Sequence record: DRR378314_123 | Length of the DNA stretch: 21,431 nucleotides | Direction: 5' to 3' (one strand) | In this document: positions 8,889 through 16,727 of the stretch, one piece after another | How positions within the stretch are numbered: the stretch's first letter is position 1 | How the letters are laid out: every line of letters starts with the position of its first letter | Position numbers and translations under genes: made by a program | The notes under the pieces: generated by a model | Told to the model about the DNA's origin: nothing | Database searches by the model: none | What the model saw: the letters and a program-made list of their open reading frames with translations, nothing else

Positions 8889-10616
8889 CCCCACCACCAG
8901 GCCGTTGTCGTCAAGCGCGATGTCCAACGCTGCTGGGTGGCGGGGTAAACCGGGCATGGTCATGATGTCGCCACACACCGCCACCACAAATCCGGCTCCG
9001 GCACACAAGCGCACTTCCCTCACCGGCAGCATGTGGCCGGATGGCGCTCCCTTCACCGATGAATCCGCCGAAAAACTGTACTGGGTCTTGGCGATACACA
9101 CCGGCAGGTGGCCAAAGCCCAGGCTTTCGTATTCCTCGAGTTGCCGCTTCGCCACCGTGGTGAACTCCACGCTACCGGCGTGGTAGATGCGGGTGGCAAT
9201 GGTACGGATCTTGTCGGCCAGCGGAACGCTGTCTTCATAGAGAAAGTTCACCTCTGGCGCGTCCTCATCCATCTGATCAAGCACCGCCTGAGCCAAGTCG
9301 GTGGCCCCCTCTCCGCCCGTTGCCCAGTGGTCGGCGGGCACCGCCCTCACACCCATGGATTCACTGATGGACTGCACCAGTGACATTTCCTCCTCGGTAT
9401 CGTCCGGGAAGCGGTTGATGCACACCACCGGCGTGAGCCCGAACTGCTGCAGGTTGCGAATGTGCCGTTCCAGGTTGGCCGCACCTTCGCGCACGGCAGC
9501 CAGATCAGGAACAGAGAGTTGGCTCCGAGACACACCACCCTGCATCTTGAGCGCCCGGATGGTACAGACAACAACCGCGGCATCGGGGCGCAGCCCGGTC
9601 TGCCGGCACTTGATATCGATGAACTTCTCCGCCCCCAGGTCGGCGCCAAACCCGGCCTCCGTGACCACCACGTCGTTCAGGGCGAGGGCGGCGCGGGTAG
9701 CGGTCACGGAATTGCAGCCGTGGGCGATATTGGCGAAGGGCCCGCCATGGATAAACACGGGGTTGTGCTCCAGACTCTGGACCAGGTTAGGCTGCAACGC
9801 CTCTTTCAACAGCACCGTCAACGACCCTTCCACACCGAGATCACGAACGGTCACCGGGGTCATGTCAGAGCGCCTGCCAACGATGATATTGCCCAACCGC
9901 TGTTTCAGGTCCGCGCGTCCATCCGCCAGGCAGAGGATCGCCATGATTTCAGACGAGACCGTGATATCAAATCCGGTTTCCCGGGGCACACCATGGGGAG
10001 CCCCACCCAGGCCACAGACCATATTTCGCAGGGAGCGGTCGGTCAGGTCCATGACTCTTCGCCAGCTGATGTAACGCGTGTCCAGCCCGGCTTCGTTCCC
10101 CCAGTGAATGTGATTGTCGATCAACGAGGCCAGCAGGTTATGGGCGGTAGTGATGGCGTGAAAATCACCATTGAAATGCAGGTTGATATCTTCCATGGGA
10201 ATCACCTGTGCACGACCACCACCGGCAGCCCCACCCTTCATGCCAAAGCAGGGGCCAAGGGATGGCTCCCGCAGGCACACGGATGATCGCACACCAAGGC
10301 GATTGAAACCGTCGTTCAGTCCCACACTGGTGGTGGTCTTGCCCTCCCCCGCTGGCGTAGGTGTAATGGCGGTCACCAGCACCAGCTTGCCCCGTGGCGC
10401 CGTCTCAGAGGTATCCACATAGGCCATGTCAAGCTTGGCCTTATAGTGGCCAAAGGGCACCAGGCTTTCTCCCGGCAAACCGAAACGCTGTTGTGCCAAC
10501 AGCAGAATGGACTGCGGCTGAACCGACCGGGCAATCTCGATGTCCGGCGTGCCCGGCGGTGGAAACTCTGCGGCTGTCGCGGCTGCGGGTGTCAATTTAC
10601 TGTACTGAAGACTCAT
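8880..10616 (-). CDS. fhs: Formate--tetrahydrofolate ligase
   Basis: TAITPTPAGEGKTTT, LREPSLGPCFGMKGGAAGGG, HGGPFANIAHGCNS, VTEAGFGADLGAEKF, CIAKTQYSFS, IMTMPGLP. Start reassigned to ATG 10616 (MSLQYS, GGGAG RBS), overlapping the end of metF. Confidence 0.97.
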   Translation of the reverse strand: MSLQYSKLTPAAATAAEFPPPGTPDIEIARSVQPQSILLLAQQRFGLPGESLVPFGHYKAKLDMAYVDTSETAPRGKLVLVTAITPTPAGEGKTTTSVGLNDGFNRLGVRSSVCLREPSLGPCFGMKGGAAGGGRAQVIPMEDINLHFNGDFHAITTAHNLLASLIDNHIHWGNEAGLDTRYISWRRVMDLTDRSLRNMVCGLGGAPHGVPRETGFDITVSSEIMAILCLADGRADLKQRLGNIIVGRRSDMTPVTVRDLGVEGSLTVLLKEALQPNLVQSLEHNPVFIHGGPFANIAHGCNSVTATRAALALNDVVVTEAGFGADLGAEKFIDIKCRQTGLRPDAAVVVCTIRALKMQGGVSRSQLSVPDLAAVREGAANLERHIRNLQQFGLTPVVCINRFPDDTEEEMSLVQSISESMGVRAVPADHWATGGEGATDLAQAVLDQMDEDAPEVNFLYEDSVPLADKIRTIATRIYHAGSVEFTTVAKRQLEEYESLGFGHLPVCIAKTQYSFSADSSVKGAPSGHMLPVREVRLCAGAGFVVAVCGDIMTMPGLPRHPAALDIALDDNGLVVGLT

Positions 10617-11526
10617 GGAATGGCTCCCTCTGGCCCTGCACGGACCCGCTATGATCGTGAATCCATTGCGCCGACTGGCGCAGACCACCGAATGGGAAAA
10701 GATGTATGCCCCGAAGAAGGGTTTCGGGGTTGTCGAGGCAATACCGGACGAGCGCATGGACCATGCCGTCCGGCGTCCAGGCCCGCAGCAGCTTGGCGCT
10801 GCCCGGGCGCCGCAACATAAGGCGGGCGGACGCGCCCACACCGCATTGGGCGGCATAGGCAATAAGGGTTTTGACGCGCGTGGGACCGGCCATGCCGATG
10901 TAAACCGGTACCTCTTCCAGGATGTTACCCAGGCTTTGCAGCCAATCGATCACCACCTCTGCGTCGAAGGTGAACTGGGTAACCACCCACAGCCGGGTGG
11001 ACGTCGTGCGTGCGTATTCACGCTTGATGCCAAGAGCCTGGGTCAGCGTTGCCCTGTCCGCCATTGGGTGGCCGTCCGGATGGGCAGCCACGCCGATACC
11101 GTGGAACCGGAACTGGGCCAGCAGGCCGGACTCCAGAACCGCCAGGGTATCCGGAAAAGGGCCGGCAATGGCATCGCTGTCGCCGGCAATCAACAGCAAA
11201 CGGTCAACGCCGCTTTCCTCCAGTTGGGCCAGCCAGTCCCGCAGTTGCTCGCGGCTTTCCGCCATACGTGCAGGTACATGAGGGATGGGCTGCATGCCCA
11301 GTTCAAGGAGATGTCGGCACGCCTGCAGCGTGTCGCTGAACTGCCCCTTTGGCAGAAACGGCACATAGACACAGGTCCCCGCAGGCAGCAGATCCGGCAA
11401 ACTTTCCTGCGTCAGTATCTGGCGGGGTGTCGCCTCAATGGACGCAGAGCGCACCAACGCGCGTAACCGTTCAGCAGCGTCATCGTCGCGAGGACGGAAC
11501 GGCTGTTTTTCGCTCACCAGTTTCAT
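10597..11526 (-). CDS. metF: Methylenetetrahydrofolate reductase-like flavoprotein (MetF family, divergent type)
   Basis: SIEATP, PIPHVPAR, LLLIAGD, GVAAHPDGHP, VTQFTFD, YIGMAGP, GIHLFPFGG; lies between a GcvT-family demethylase and fhs. Confidence 0.85.
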   Translation of the reverse strand: MKLVSEKQPFRPRDDDAAERLRALVRSASIEATPRQILTQESLPDLLPAGTCVYVPFLPKGQFSDTLQACRHLLELGMQPIPHVPARMAESREQLRDWLAQLEESGVDRLLLIAGDSDAIAGPFPDTLAVLESGLLAQFRFHGIGVAAHPDGHPMADRATLTQALGIKREYARTTSTRLWVVTQFTFDAEVVIDWLQSLGNILEEVPVYIGMAGPTRVKTLIAYAAQCGVGASARLMLRRPGSAKLLRAWTPDGMVHALVRYCLDNPETLLRGIHLFPFGGLRQSAQWIHDHSGSVQGQREPFHESSVQ

Positions 11527-11559
11527 AAATAATGCACCCCATTGCTACCTGTGTGCACT

Positions 11560-11585
11560 GGCCAGGTGGCCCTAGCCACCCGGCC
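11560..11585. other. GC-rich intergenic stem-loop between the demethylase gene and metF
   Basis: GGCCAGGTGGC-CCTA-GCCACCCGGCC, an 11-bp stem with one non-Watson-Crick position and no U-tract. Confidence 0.5.
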
Positions 11586-11595
11586 TGTCGTGCCG

Positions 11596-12957
11596 CTAAT
11601 CGGCGAAGTCGATGCCTTTCGCACGAGCCCGCTCTCGGGCATTGGGGTTCACCGATGGCCGGAAGGGCACTTCCACCACTTCTGCCGCGACAGCCGTTGA
11701 ACCGTCTGCAGCGGCATATTCCACTGGCAGATGGACCGTCAGGCGAGTGCCAACGGCTCGCAGGTCAAAGGGCACATAGGCCAGTCCGATGTTGGTTTCC
11801 AGCTCGGGCGAGTACCAGGGTGAGGTGACATAGCCCTCCGGCTCACCTCCGTCCGGCCCGCTGACCAGCCAAAAGTCATTGGCGTAGTCGGTTACATGAC
11901 CGCCGTCGAAGCGTATTCCCACCATGATGTGACTGAATGGCGGTCTGCCCGCGTCCAACTGTTCACGCACCTTCTCAAGCGCCTGCTTGCCGATATAGTC
12001 AGCGTCTTTGTTGCGGGGCACCTGGTACGCCAGGTTGCATTGGAACGGCAGGGTTTCCTGGTCCACATCCTGCCCCCAGGACAGAATCCCGGCCGCGATC
12101 CTCCGATGGTGTGCCGGTGCAATCACCCGGAGGTTGTGGGCCTCACCGGCCGCAAGCACGGTGTACCAGAGGTCCTCGGCGTACTTGGTGGCTTCCTTGA
12201 GGTAGATTTCGTAGCCCTTCTCACCGGTAAAACCGGTCTGGGAAACGATGACATCGTGGCCAGCAACCTGGCCCTCCATCAGCCCGTAGTAGGGAATGTC
12301 TTTCACCTTTTCACCGAACAGGTCCGCCATCAGTGCTTCGGACTTGGGTCCCTGAATCTGGACCGGCGCCACGTCAATTTCTGCGATACTGACATTGAAG
12401 CCCATCCCGATATTAACGCCCCTCATCCAGAACTCGAGGTCGCTGTCTGAGAGTGAGAACCAGAATTCGTCCTCGGCGACACGAAGCAGAACCGGGTCGT
12501 TGAGAATACCGCCCTCTTCGTTGCACAGAATGACGTACTTGCCGCGCATCGGTTTTATCTTGGTCGCGTCCCGGGTGATGACATAGTTCACAAAGCGTTC
12601 CGCGTCCGGGCCCTTGACCTGGATCTGGCGTTCAACAGCCACGTTCCACATGGTGACGTCGTGAATCAGCGACTCGTACTCAACCATGGCGCCGCCGTCT
12701 TCAGGACGGACATAGCCACGAGGATGGTACATGCGGTTATAAACGGTTGCCCGCCAGCAGCCGGCCTCGTAGGCCAGGTGCCAATAGGGTGACTTGCGCA
12801 CCCTGGTGGAAATCAACATCTCTACCGGCGTGGGGCCGGACTGACGAAGGTTGATGGGAACCCGACGGTCGGACTGATCAACGCTGTCAGGCTGGCGGGC
12901 GGCACCCGCCCGTTGTTGCGGATAATCCAGAAGTGCTTGCTCAAATTTAACGGCCAT
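11596..12957 (-). CDS. GcvT/aminomethyltransferase-family, DmdA-like THF-dependent demethylase (substrate unknown)
   Basis: STRVRKSP, TVYNRM, WNVAVERQIQVKGPDA, GGILNDPV, FWFSLSDSDL, IQGP, TGFTGEKGYEIY, GILSWGQD, YIGKQAL, SPWYSP; this motif order matches DmdA-type proteins. About 45-aa N-terminal extension. GGGGAG RBS. Confidence 0.85.
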   Translation of the reverse strand: MAVKFEQALLDYPQQRAGAARQPDSVDQSDRRVPINLRQSGPTPVEMLISTRVRKSPYWHLAYEAGCWRATVYNRMYHPRGYVRPEDGGAMVEYESLIHDVTMWNVAVERQIQVKGPDAERFVNYVITRDATKIKPMRGKYVILCNEEGGILNDPVLLRVAEDEFWFSLSDSDLEFWMRGVNIGMGFNVSIAEIDVAPVQIQGPKSEALMADLFGEKVKDIPYYGLMEGQVAGHDVIVSQTGFTGEKGYEIYLKEATKYAEDLWYTVLAAGEAHNLRVIAPAHHRRIAAGILSWGQDVDQETLPFQCNLAYQVPRNKDADYIGKQALEKVREQLDAGRPPFSHIMVGIRFDGGHVTDYANDFWLVSGPDGGEPEGYVTSPWYSPELETNIGLAYVPFDLRAVGTRLTVHLPVEYAAADGSTAVAAEVVEVPFRPSVNPNARERARAKGIDFAD

Positions 12958-12991
12958 TGCTATCTCCCCCTACCGGGTTGTCGATAGCTCT

Positions 12992-13055
12992 AATGTGCCC
13001 CTGTTTGAGTTTGTCAGGTTGAACCAATACGACATTGGCACGACCAAAAACGTCA
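12992..13055 (-). promoter_or_regulatory. Tandem activator box (13055-13022) plus -10-like CACATT (12997-12992) for the demethylase-metF-fhs operon
   Basis: Minus strand TGACGTTTTTGGTCGTGCCAATGTCGTATTGGTT shares the exact 11-mer TGTCGTATTGG, and the spacing, with the box at 3354. Confidence 0.75.
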
Positions 13056-13079
13056 GAGGGATGGCAACGGGCATCCCTC
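13056..13079 (-). terminator. Possible intrinsic terminator/hairpin after the permease gene
   Basis: GAGGGATG-N8-CATCCCTC perfect 8-bp stem 14 nt past the permease stop; followed on the minus strand by TGACGTTTTT (imperfect U-tract). Confidence 0.45.
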
Positions 13080-13093
13080 CAGGTTTGTCCCTG

Positions 13094-14443
13094 TCAGTCG
13101 TGGGGTATCGGGTCCGGGCTCCGATCCCAGCCTACCAGCGACAGTGTGGCCACCACCCCGATCAGCAAGCCGATCCAGGGCTCGAAGAACGCCAGCGAGG
13201 CACCGATCAGCACCACCGTTCCCCTGGACGCATTGTCCCTTGGAATGGACATGGCAATGTACGCGCAGGCAAAGCCGGTCAACACCAGCGTCAGCGACAG
13301 CGCAATCCCCAACAACGGCTTGAGGCCAGTGAGCAGCGGTAACAGAAAGAAGATAAAAGGCAGCCCCATCAGGTAATAGGACGCCAGGCCGCTGTGCAAA
13401 CTGCCCATCGCCTTCGGCCCCTGCTTCCAGCGCTGCACGACGATCACGTGCACGCCAGTCCAGACTGCGCCCTGGGTCGGGAAAAACGGCGCCGCAATAC
13501 CCATCAATGCGTTGCGGATCGCGATCGAGAAATGGGTGCGGTTCAGGTTGATGTCGATGTGTTCGTCTTTCCTGTCCTTCATCCCGTCGCGGAGTACTTC
13601 GTTCCCCGTCACGATATCGCCGAACAGGATAATGTACGCAATCAGTGCCAGCGGCACACTCTGGGCAATCATCTCCAGGGTCGGCCAGCCGTTGACCAAG
13701 GGTGACGCTTTGGCAAAGGCCTCAGGCAGTGGCGGCACGATAAAGCCCCACTGGATATCAAAGTTGACTTCGCCCACCAACGGGCCGACGACGGCCGCGA
13801 TAATAAAGCCGGGAAGCAGGCCCAGGGCACCCAGCATCAGGAAGAACCGGTTGCGTGCCTTGAGCCTCTGCATGGGCAGGGAAAAGGTAAAAATCAGGCA
13901 CACCGCGCAGGCAAGCGTGGTGGCAACCGGTTGCTCAAGCAGGAACCGGTCGGCATCGTCGATGAACACCCGCTTCAGGGCCGCGATGGACGCACCGAGA
14001 ATAATCCCGGCCTTGAGGGTATCCGGCAGCCAGATCACCAGCCGTTTCCCCAGCCCGGTAATACCCAGCACAAACACCAGGCTCGCGAAGACCATGGTCA
14101 GTGCCGTCATCGCCTGGAACCGGCTTGAGGGGTCTTCATACCCCCCGATAACAAACGCCAGTATCAGGGGCAGCGCCGGCGTTATCCAGCCACCGGCGTA
14201 GGGTTCGCCAAATATGATCACCGCCGATGCGATCAGGAACGCGTGGACCATCGACAGTGCCACGGCTTCCTCGAAGCTGAGGCCAAAATAGGCGGTCATG
14301 ACCGGAATCAGCGCGAGGCCTGTGGCCGCGGAAACGAACAGGCCCTGAAGGAACTCAGACCAACACAATCGGGTGTGGTAAAACGGGAGACGGAAGGTAA
14401 AAGGCCCCCAGCGCCAGCCCGCCAACTCTTGTCTTTCTGCCAT
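13094..14443 (-). CDS. Polytopic inner-membrane permease (BenE/NCS2-like fold suspected), putative solute importer
   Basis: 449 aa, roughly 11-13 hydrophobic segments; GWITPALP and KAGIILGA resemble BenE/NCS2-type transporters; directly upstream of the demethylase on the same strand. Confidence 0.7.
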   Translation of the reverse strand: MAERQELAGWRWGPFTFRLPFYHTRLCWSEFLQGLFVSAATGLALIPVMTAYFGLSFEEAVALSMVHAFLIASAVIIFGEPYAGGWITPALPLILAFVIGGYEDPSSRFQAMTALTMVFASLVFVLGITGLGKRLVIWLPDTLKAGIILGASIAALKRVFIDDADRFLLEQPVATTLACAVCLIFTFSLPMQRLKARNRFFLMLGALGLLPGFIIAAVVGPLVGEVNFDIQWGFIVPPLPEAFAKASPLVNGWPTLEMIAQSVPLALIAYIILFGDIVTGNEVLRDGMKDRKDEHIDINLNRTHFSIAIRNALMGIAAPFFPTQGAVWTGVHVIVVQRWKQGPKAMGSLHSGLASYYLMGLPFIFFLLPLLTGLKPLLGIALSLTLVLTGFACAYIAMSIPRDNASRGTVVLIGASLAFFEPWIGLLIGVVATLSLVGWDRSPDPIPHD

Positions 14444-14629
14444 CTCGGATCACTCGCTTGTCGTTATAGTTGTCGTGACCTGAGTATGAAAAGGGTTTGG
14501 CTATTCCGCGAATGAATTTTTCTGATTTACAGGGATAAACGATATTGATGCACAGCGAGTAGGGCCACTGGATCAATACCCGCCCAAACTATTAGACTTT
14601 AAACCCTTTATTCATACAGAAGGGACCCG

Positions 14630-14983
14630 ATGAAACACACTGTTGCGGTCTACGGCACGCTGAAGCGCGGCTACAGCAACCACCACCTGCTCGACAAAGC
14701 CTGCTATATTGGTTCTGACACTCTCACCAGCCTGACCCTTTACGACCTTGGGCCCTACCCCGGTGCCCTACCCAAACCGTCTGACGGGGTGGAGGTTGAA
14801 ATCTACGCCGTAAACAGCCTGTTACTGGCGACGCTGGATGAACTGGAGGGCTACGACCCGGAGGCGACAAAGACGAGCCTGTACCTGCGCAAACGCATGC
14901 AGACCTGCCATGGCCAGGCGTGGGTATACCTGTACAACAGGCCTGTCAGCAACCGCCAGCGCATCGATAGTGGACACTGGTAG
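14630..14983 (+). CDS. Gamma-glutamylcyclotransferase (AIG2/YtfP-like) family protein
   Basis: VAVYGTLKRG.SNHHLL, LYDLGPYPGA, EIYAV, LDELEGY, Y.R, AWVYLYN. Confidence 0.9.
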   Translation: MKHTVAVYGTLKRGYSNHHLLDKACYIGSDTLTSLTLYDLGPYPGALPKPSDGVEVEIYAVNSLLLATLDELEGYDPEATKTSLYLRKRMQTCHGQAWVYLYNRPVSNRQRIDSGHW

Positions 14984-15028
14984 CGACTCAATCCGATTCA
15001 CCCGTCCGCGCAGATCAAGGAGCCGACG

Positions 15029-15442
15029 TTGACATTGACCACCCCCGCCCTTCTGTTCCCCGCCATATCATTGCTATTGCTGGCCTACACCAACCGTTTC
15101 CTCGTCCTGGCGCAGTTGATCCGTCAACTCAAACAGATGGACACGGAAGAAGACCACGCGCTGATTGCACGGCAGATCAGCATGCTGCGCAAACGCATTG
15201 TGCTGACCAAACGGATGCAGGCCTATGGTGTACTCAGTTTTTTCGTCTGCACCATGTCCATGTTCGTGCTGTTTGTCGGTGCCGAGCTTGCAGGGGCCAT
15301 CGCTTTCGGAATCAGCCTGATACTGCTTTCCGTGTCCCTGCTCTATTCACTGTACGAGATCGTGATTTCAACCAACGCCATCAACGTTGAACTTGAGAGC
15401 TTTGAGGCAAGGAAGCAGGGGGAAGCGGGAAAGCAGGAATAA
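15029..15442 (+). CDS. DUF2721-type small membrane protein
   Basis: TTPALLFPAISLLLLAYTNRF N-terminus, LRKRI, three TM segments; TTG start with AGGAG RBS at 15018-15022. Confidence 0.8.
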   Translation: MTLTTPALLFPAISLLLLAYTNRFLVLAQLIRQLKQMDTEEDHALIARQISMLRKRIVLTKRMQAYGVLSFFVCTMSMFVLFVGAELAGAIAFGISLILLSVSLLYSLYEIVISTNAINVELESFEARKQGEAGKQE

Positions 15443-16433
15443 CCGCCTCCTCCAGCAGCGCGTTCTGCTTCTGCATAAAAGCGGGCGACGCCGGCGGCCG
15501 GGGATTGGACGTCATCACCACGGTCATTTCAAGCTCCGGAAACACGTACAGCATCTGCCCACCGAAGCCGCGTCCGTAATAGGCGCGGTAGCCTCCCAGC
15601 TCGGTCACAAACCAGCCATATCCGTACCGGTCATCGGTGTAGCGGGACGTGCCGCGTTGAGTCCATGACTTCTCGATCCAATCACGGGAGAGCAGTTGTT
15701 CTCCGTCATGGATACCGCTGTTCCGATAGAGCTCACCGATCTGCAATAGCGCCATTGGCGACAGGCGCATGTCATTGCCACCGAAATAGATGCCCTGGGG
15801 GTCCGTCAGCCAGGGGTCAATCCGGATACCCAGTGGCTCACCGAGCCAATCGCGAGTGATCGCCAACGTACTGCGCCCGGTAGTCCTGGTGAGCGCCGCC
15901 GAAAGCAGGTGGTAGCTGCCGGTGGAGTACAGCATCTCGCCGCCTGGCTCCGCCACAAACGGGCGGCTGAGTGCGTAATCAACCCAGTTGTCGCTGTTTA
16001 CCCATGGCCCATAGTAGCGGCCGGAAGTACGCTGCAACCCGGCCTGCATGGACAACAAGTTGCCAATCGTCACCTCACTGACCCGGTCACTGGCGTCGGG
16101 CGGTTCCTCAAGAAACGCCGTGATCGGCTGTTCCACGCTGTTGAACACACCCCGGTCAATCGCCATGCCCACCACCGCGGAAAGCACGGTTTTGGAGAGG
16201 GATTTGATATTGGCCGGCTCATCAAGCCCCGAGCCACGGAACACCTCTGAAAACACCGGCTCACCGTCAACGGCGATCACCAGGCTGTGAAGTCGCTCCA
16301 GACTGACGGCACGGTCCGACAGACCCGGAAACACCTCTTCGCTTCCAACAGGCCCGTCGGCCAGGAGGGGAGACGCCAAAAGCGTCAGGCCGGTGGACAA
16401 AACCACTGCAGCAAGGCTCGTTACAACCCGCAT
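15381..16433 (-). CDS. Serine hydrolase, beta-lactamase/class C-like family, secreted
   Basis: SxxK (SLSK), LLSMQAGL, PG...YSTG (Y-x-x motif), G.GFGGQ.LYVFP; signal peptide from ATG 16433 (MRVVTS). Confidence 0.88.
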   Translation of the reverse strand: MRVVTSLAAVVLSTGLTLLASPLLADGPVGSEEVFPGLSDRAVSLERLHSLVIAVDGEPVFSEVFRGSGLDEPANIKSLSKTVLSAVVGMAIDRGVFNSVEQPITAFLEEPPDASDRVSEVTIGNLLSMQAGLQRTSGRYYGPWVNSDNWVDYALSRPFVAEPGGEMLYSTGSYHLLSAALTRTTGRSTLAITRDWLGEPLGIRIDPWLTDPQGIYFGGNDMRLSPMALLQIGELYRNSGIHDGEQLLSRDWIEKSWTQRGTSRYTDDRYGYGWFVTELGGYRAYYGRGFGGQMLYVFPELEMTVVMTSNPRPPASPAFMQKQNALLEEAVIPAFPLPPASLPQSSQVQR

Positions 16434-16437
16434 GGAA

Positions 16438-16716
16438 TTATCGGGAACCCCAGATCCTGGCCACAGCACTATTGCTGCCCAGCAGCCCGACCACAAAACA
16501 GACCAGGCTGATCACGAAAAACAGCACAATGGGCAACAAAGCGCTGAAGGTTGCTGCAAAGATCGAGAAAAAAAGCGACACCCCGGAGAGAATCAGGAAC
16601 AGAACGCCCACCACCAGCAGAATTTTCCGGTGGGAGGGACGATACCCTTCGTCACTTCCTCCCTTCTCGAAGAAACAGAGAATGGGCCAGAATACTTTTC
16701 GGAGCACGTCTTTCAC
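16438..16716 (-). CDS. Small hypothetical membrane protein
   Basis: 92 aa with two hydrophobic segments; packed between neighbours on the same strand (4- and 11-nt gaps); GTG start with AGGTAG upstream. Confidence 0.7.
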   Translation of the reverse strand: MKDVLRKVFWPILCFFEKGGSDEGYRPSHRKILLVVGVLFLILSGVSLFFSIFAATFSALLPIVLFFVISLVCFVVGLLGSNSAVARIWGSR

Positions 16717-16727
16717 TGCAAACTACC

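Noticed and set aside
10617-10862. 82-aa N-terminal extension of the fhs ORF
   Set aside because: It lies within metF in another frame; the ATG at 10616 has a good RBS.
11596-12957. Calling this gene dmdA or gcvT
   Set aside because: There are no gcvH/gcvP or dmdBCD neighbours, and the length and motifs diverge; the substrate cannot be assigned from sequence alone.
13035-13052. TTGGCACG as a sigma54 -24 element on the plus strand
   Set aside because: There is no GC at the -12 position (AAAAC follows), it points antisense into the permease, and it is the spacer of the tandem box.
14483-14546. A fourth copy of the tandem box upstream of the permease
   Set aside because: A -10-like CATACT exists, but the sequence 24 nt upstream does not match TGnCG-N8-CG-N6-TGTCGT.
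15381-16433. Antibiotic-resistance beta-lactamase
   Set aside because: The motifs (SLSK, YST, GRG) fit the broad serine hydrolase/esterase family rather than AmpC (YxN, KTG).
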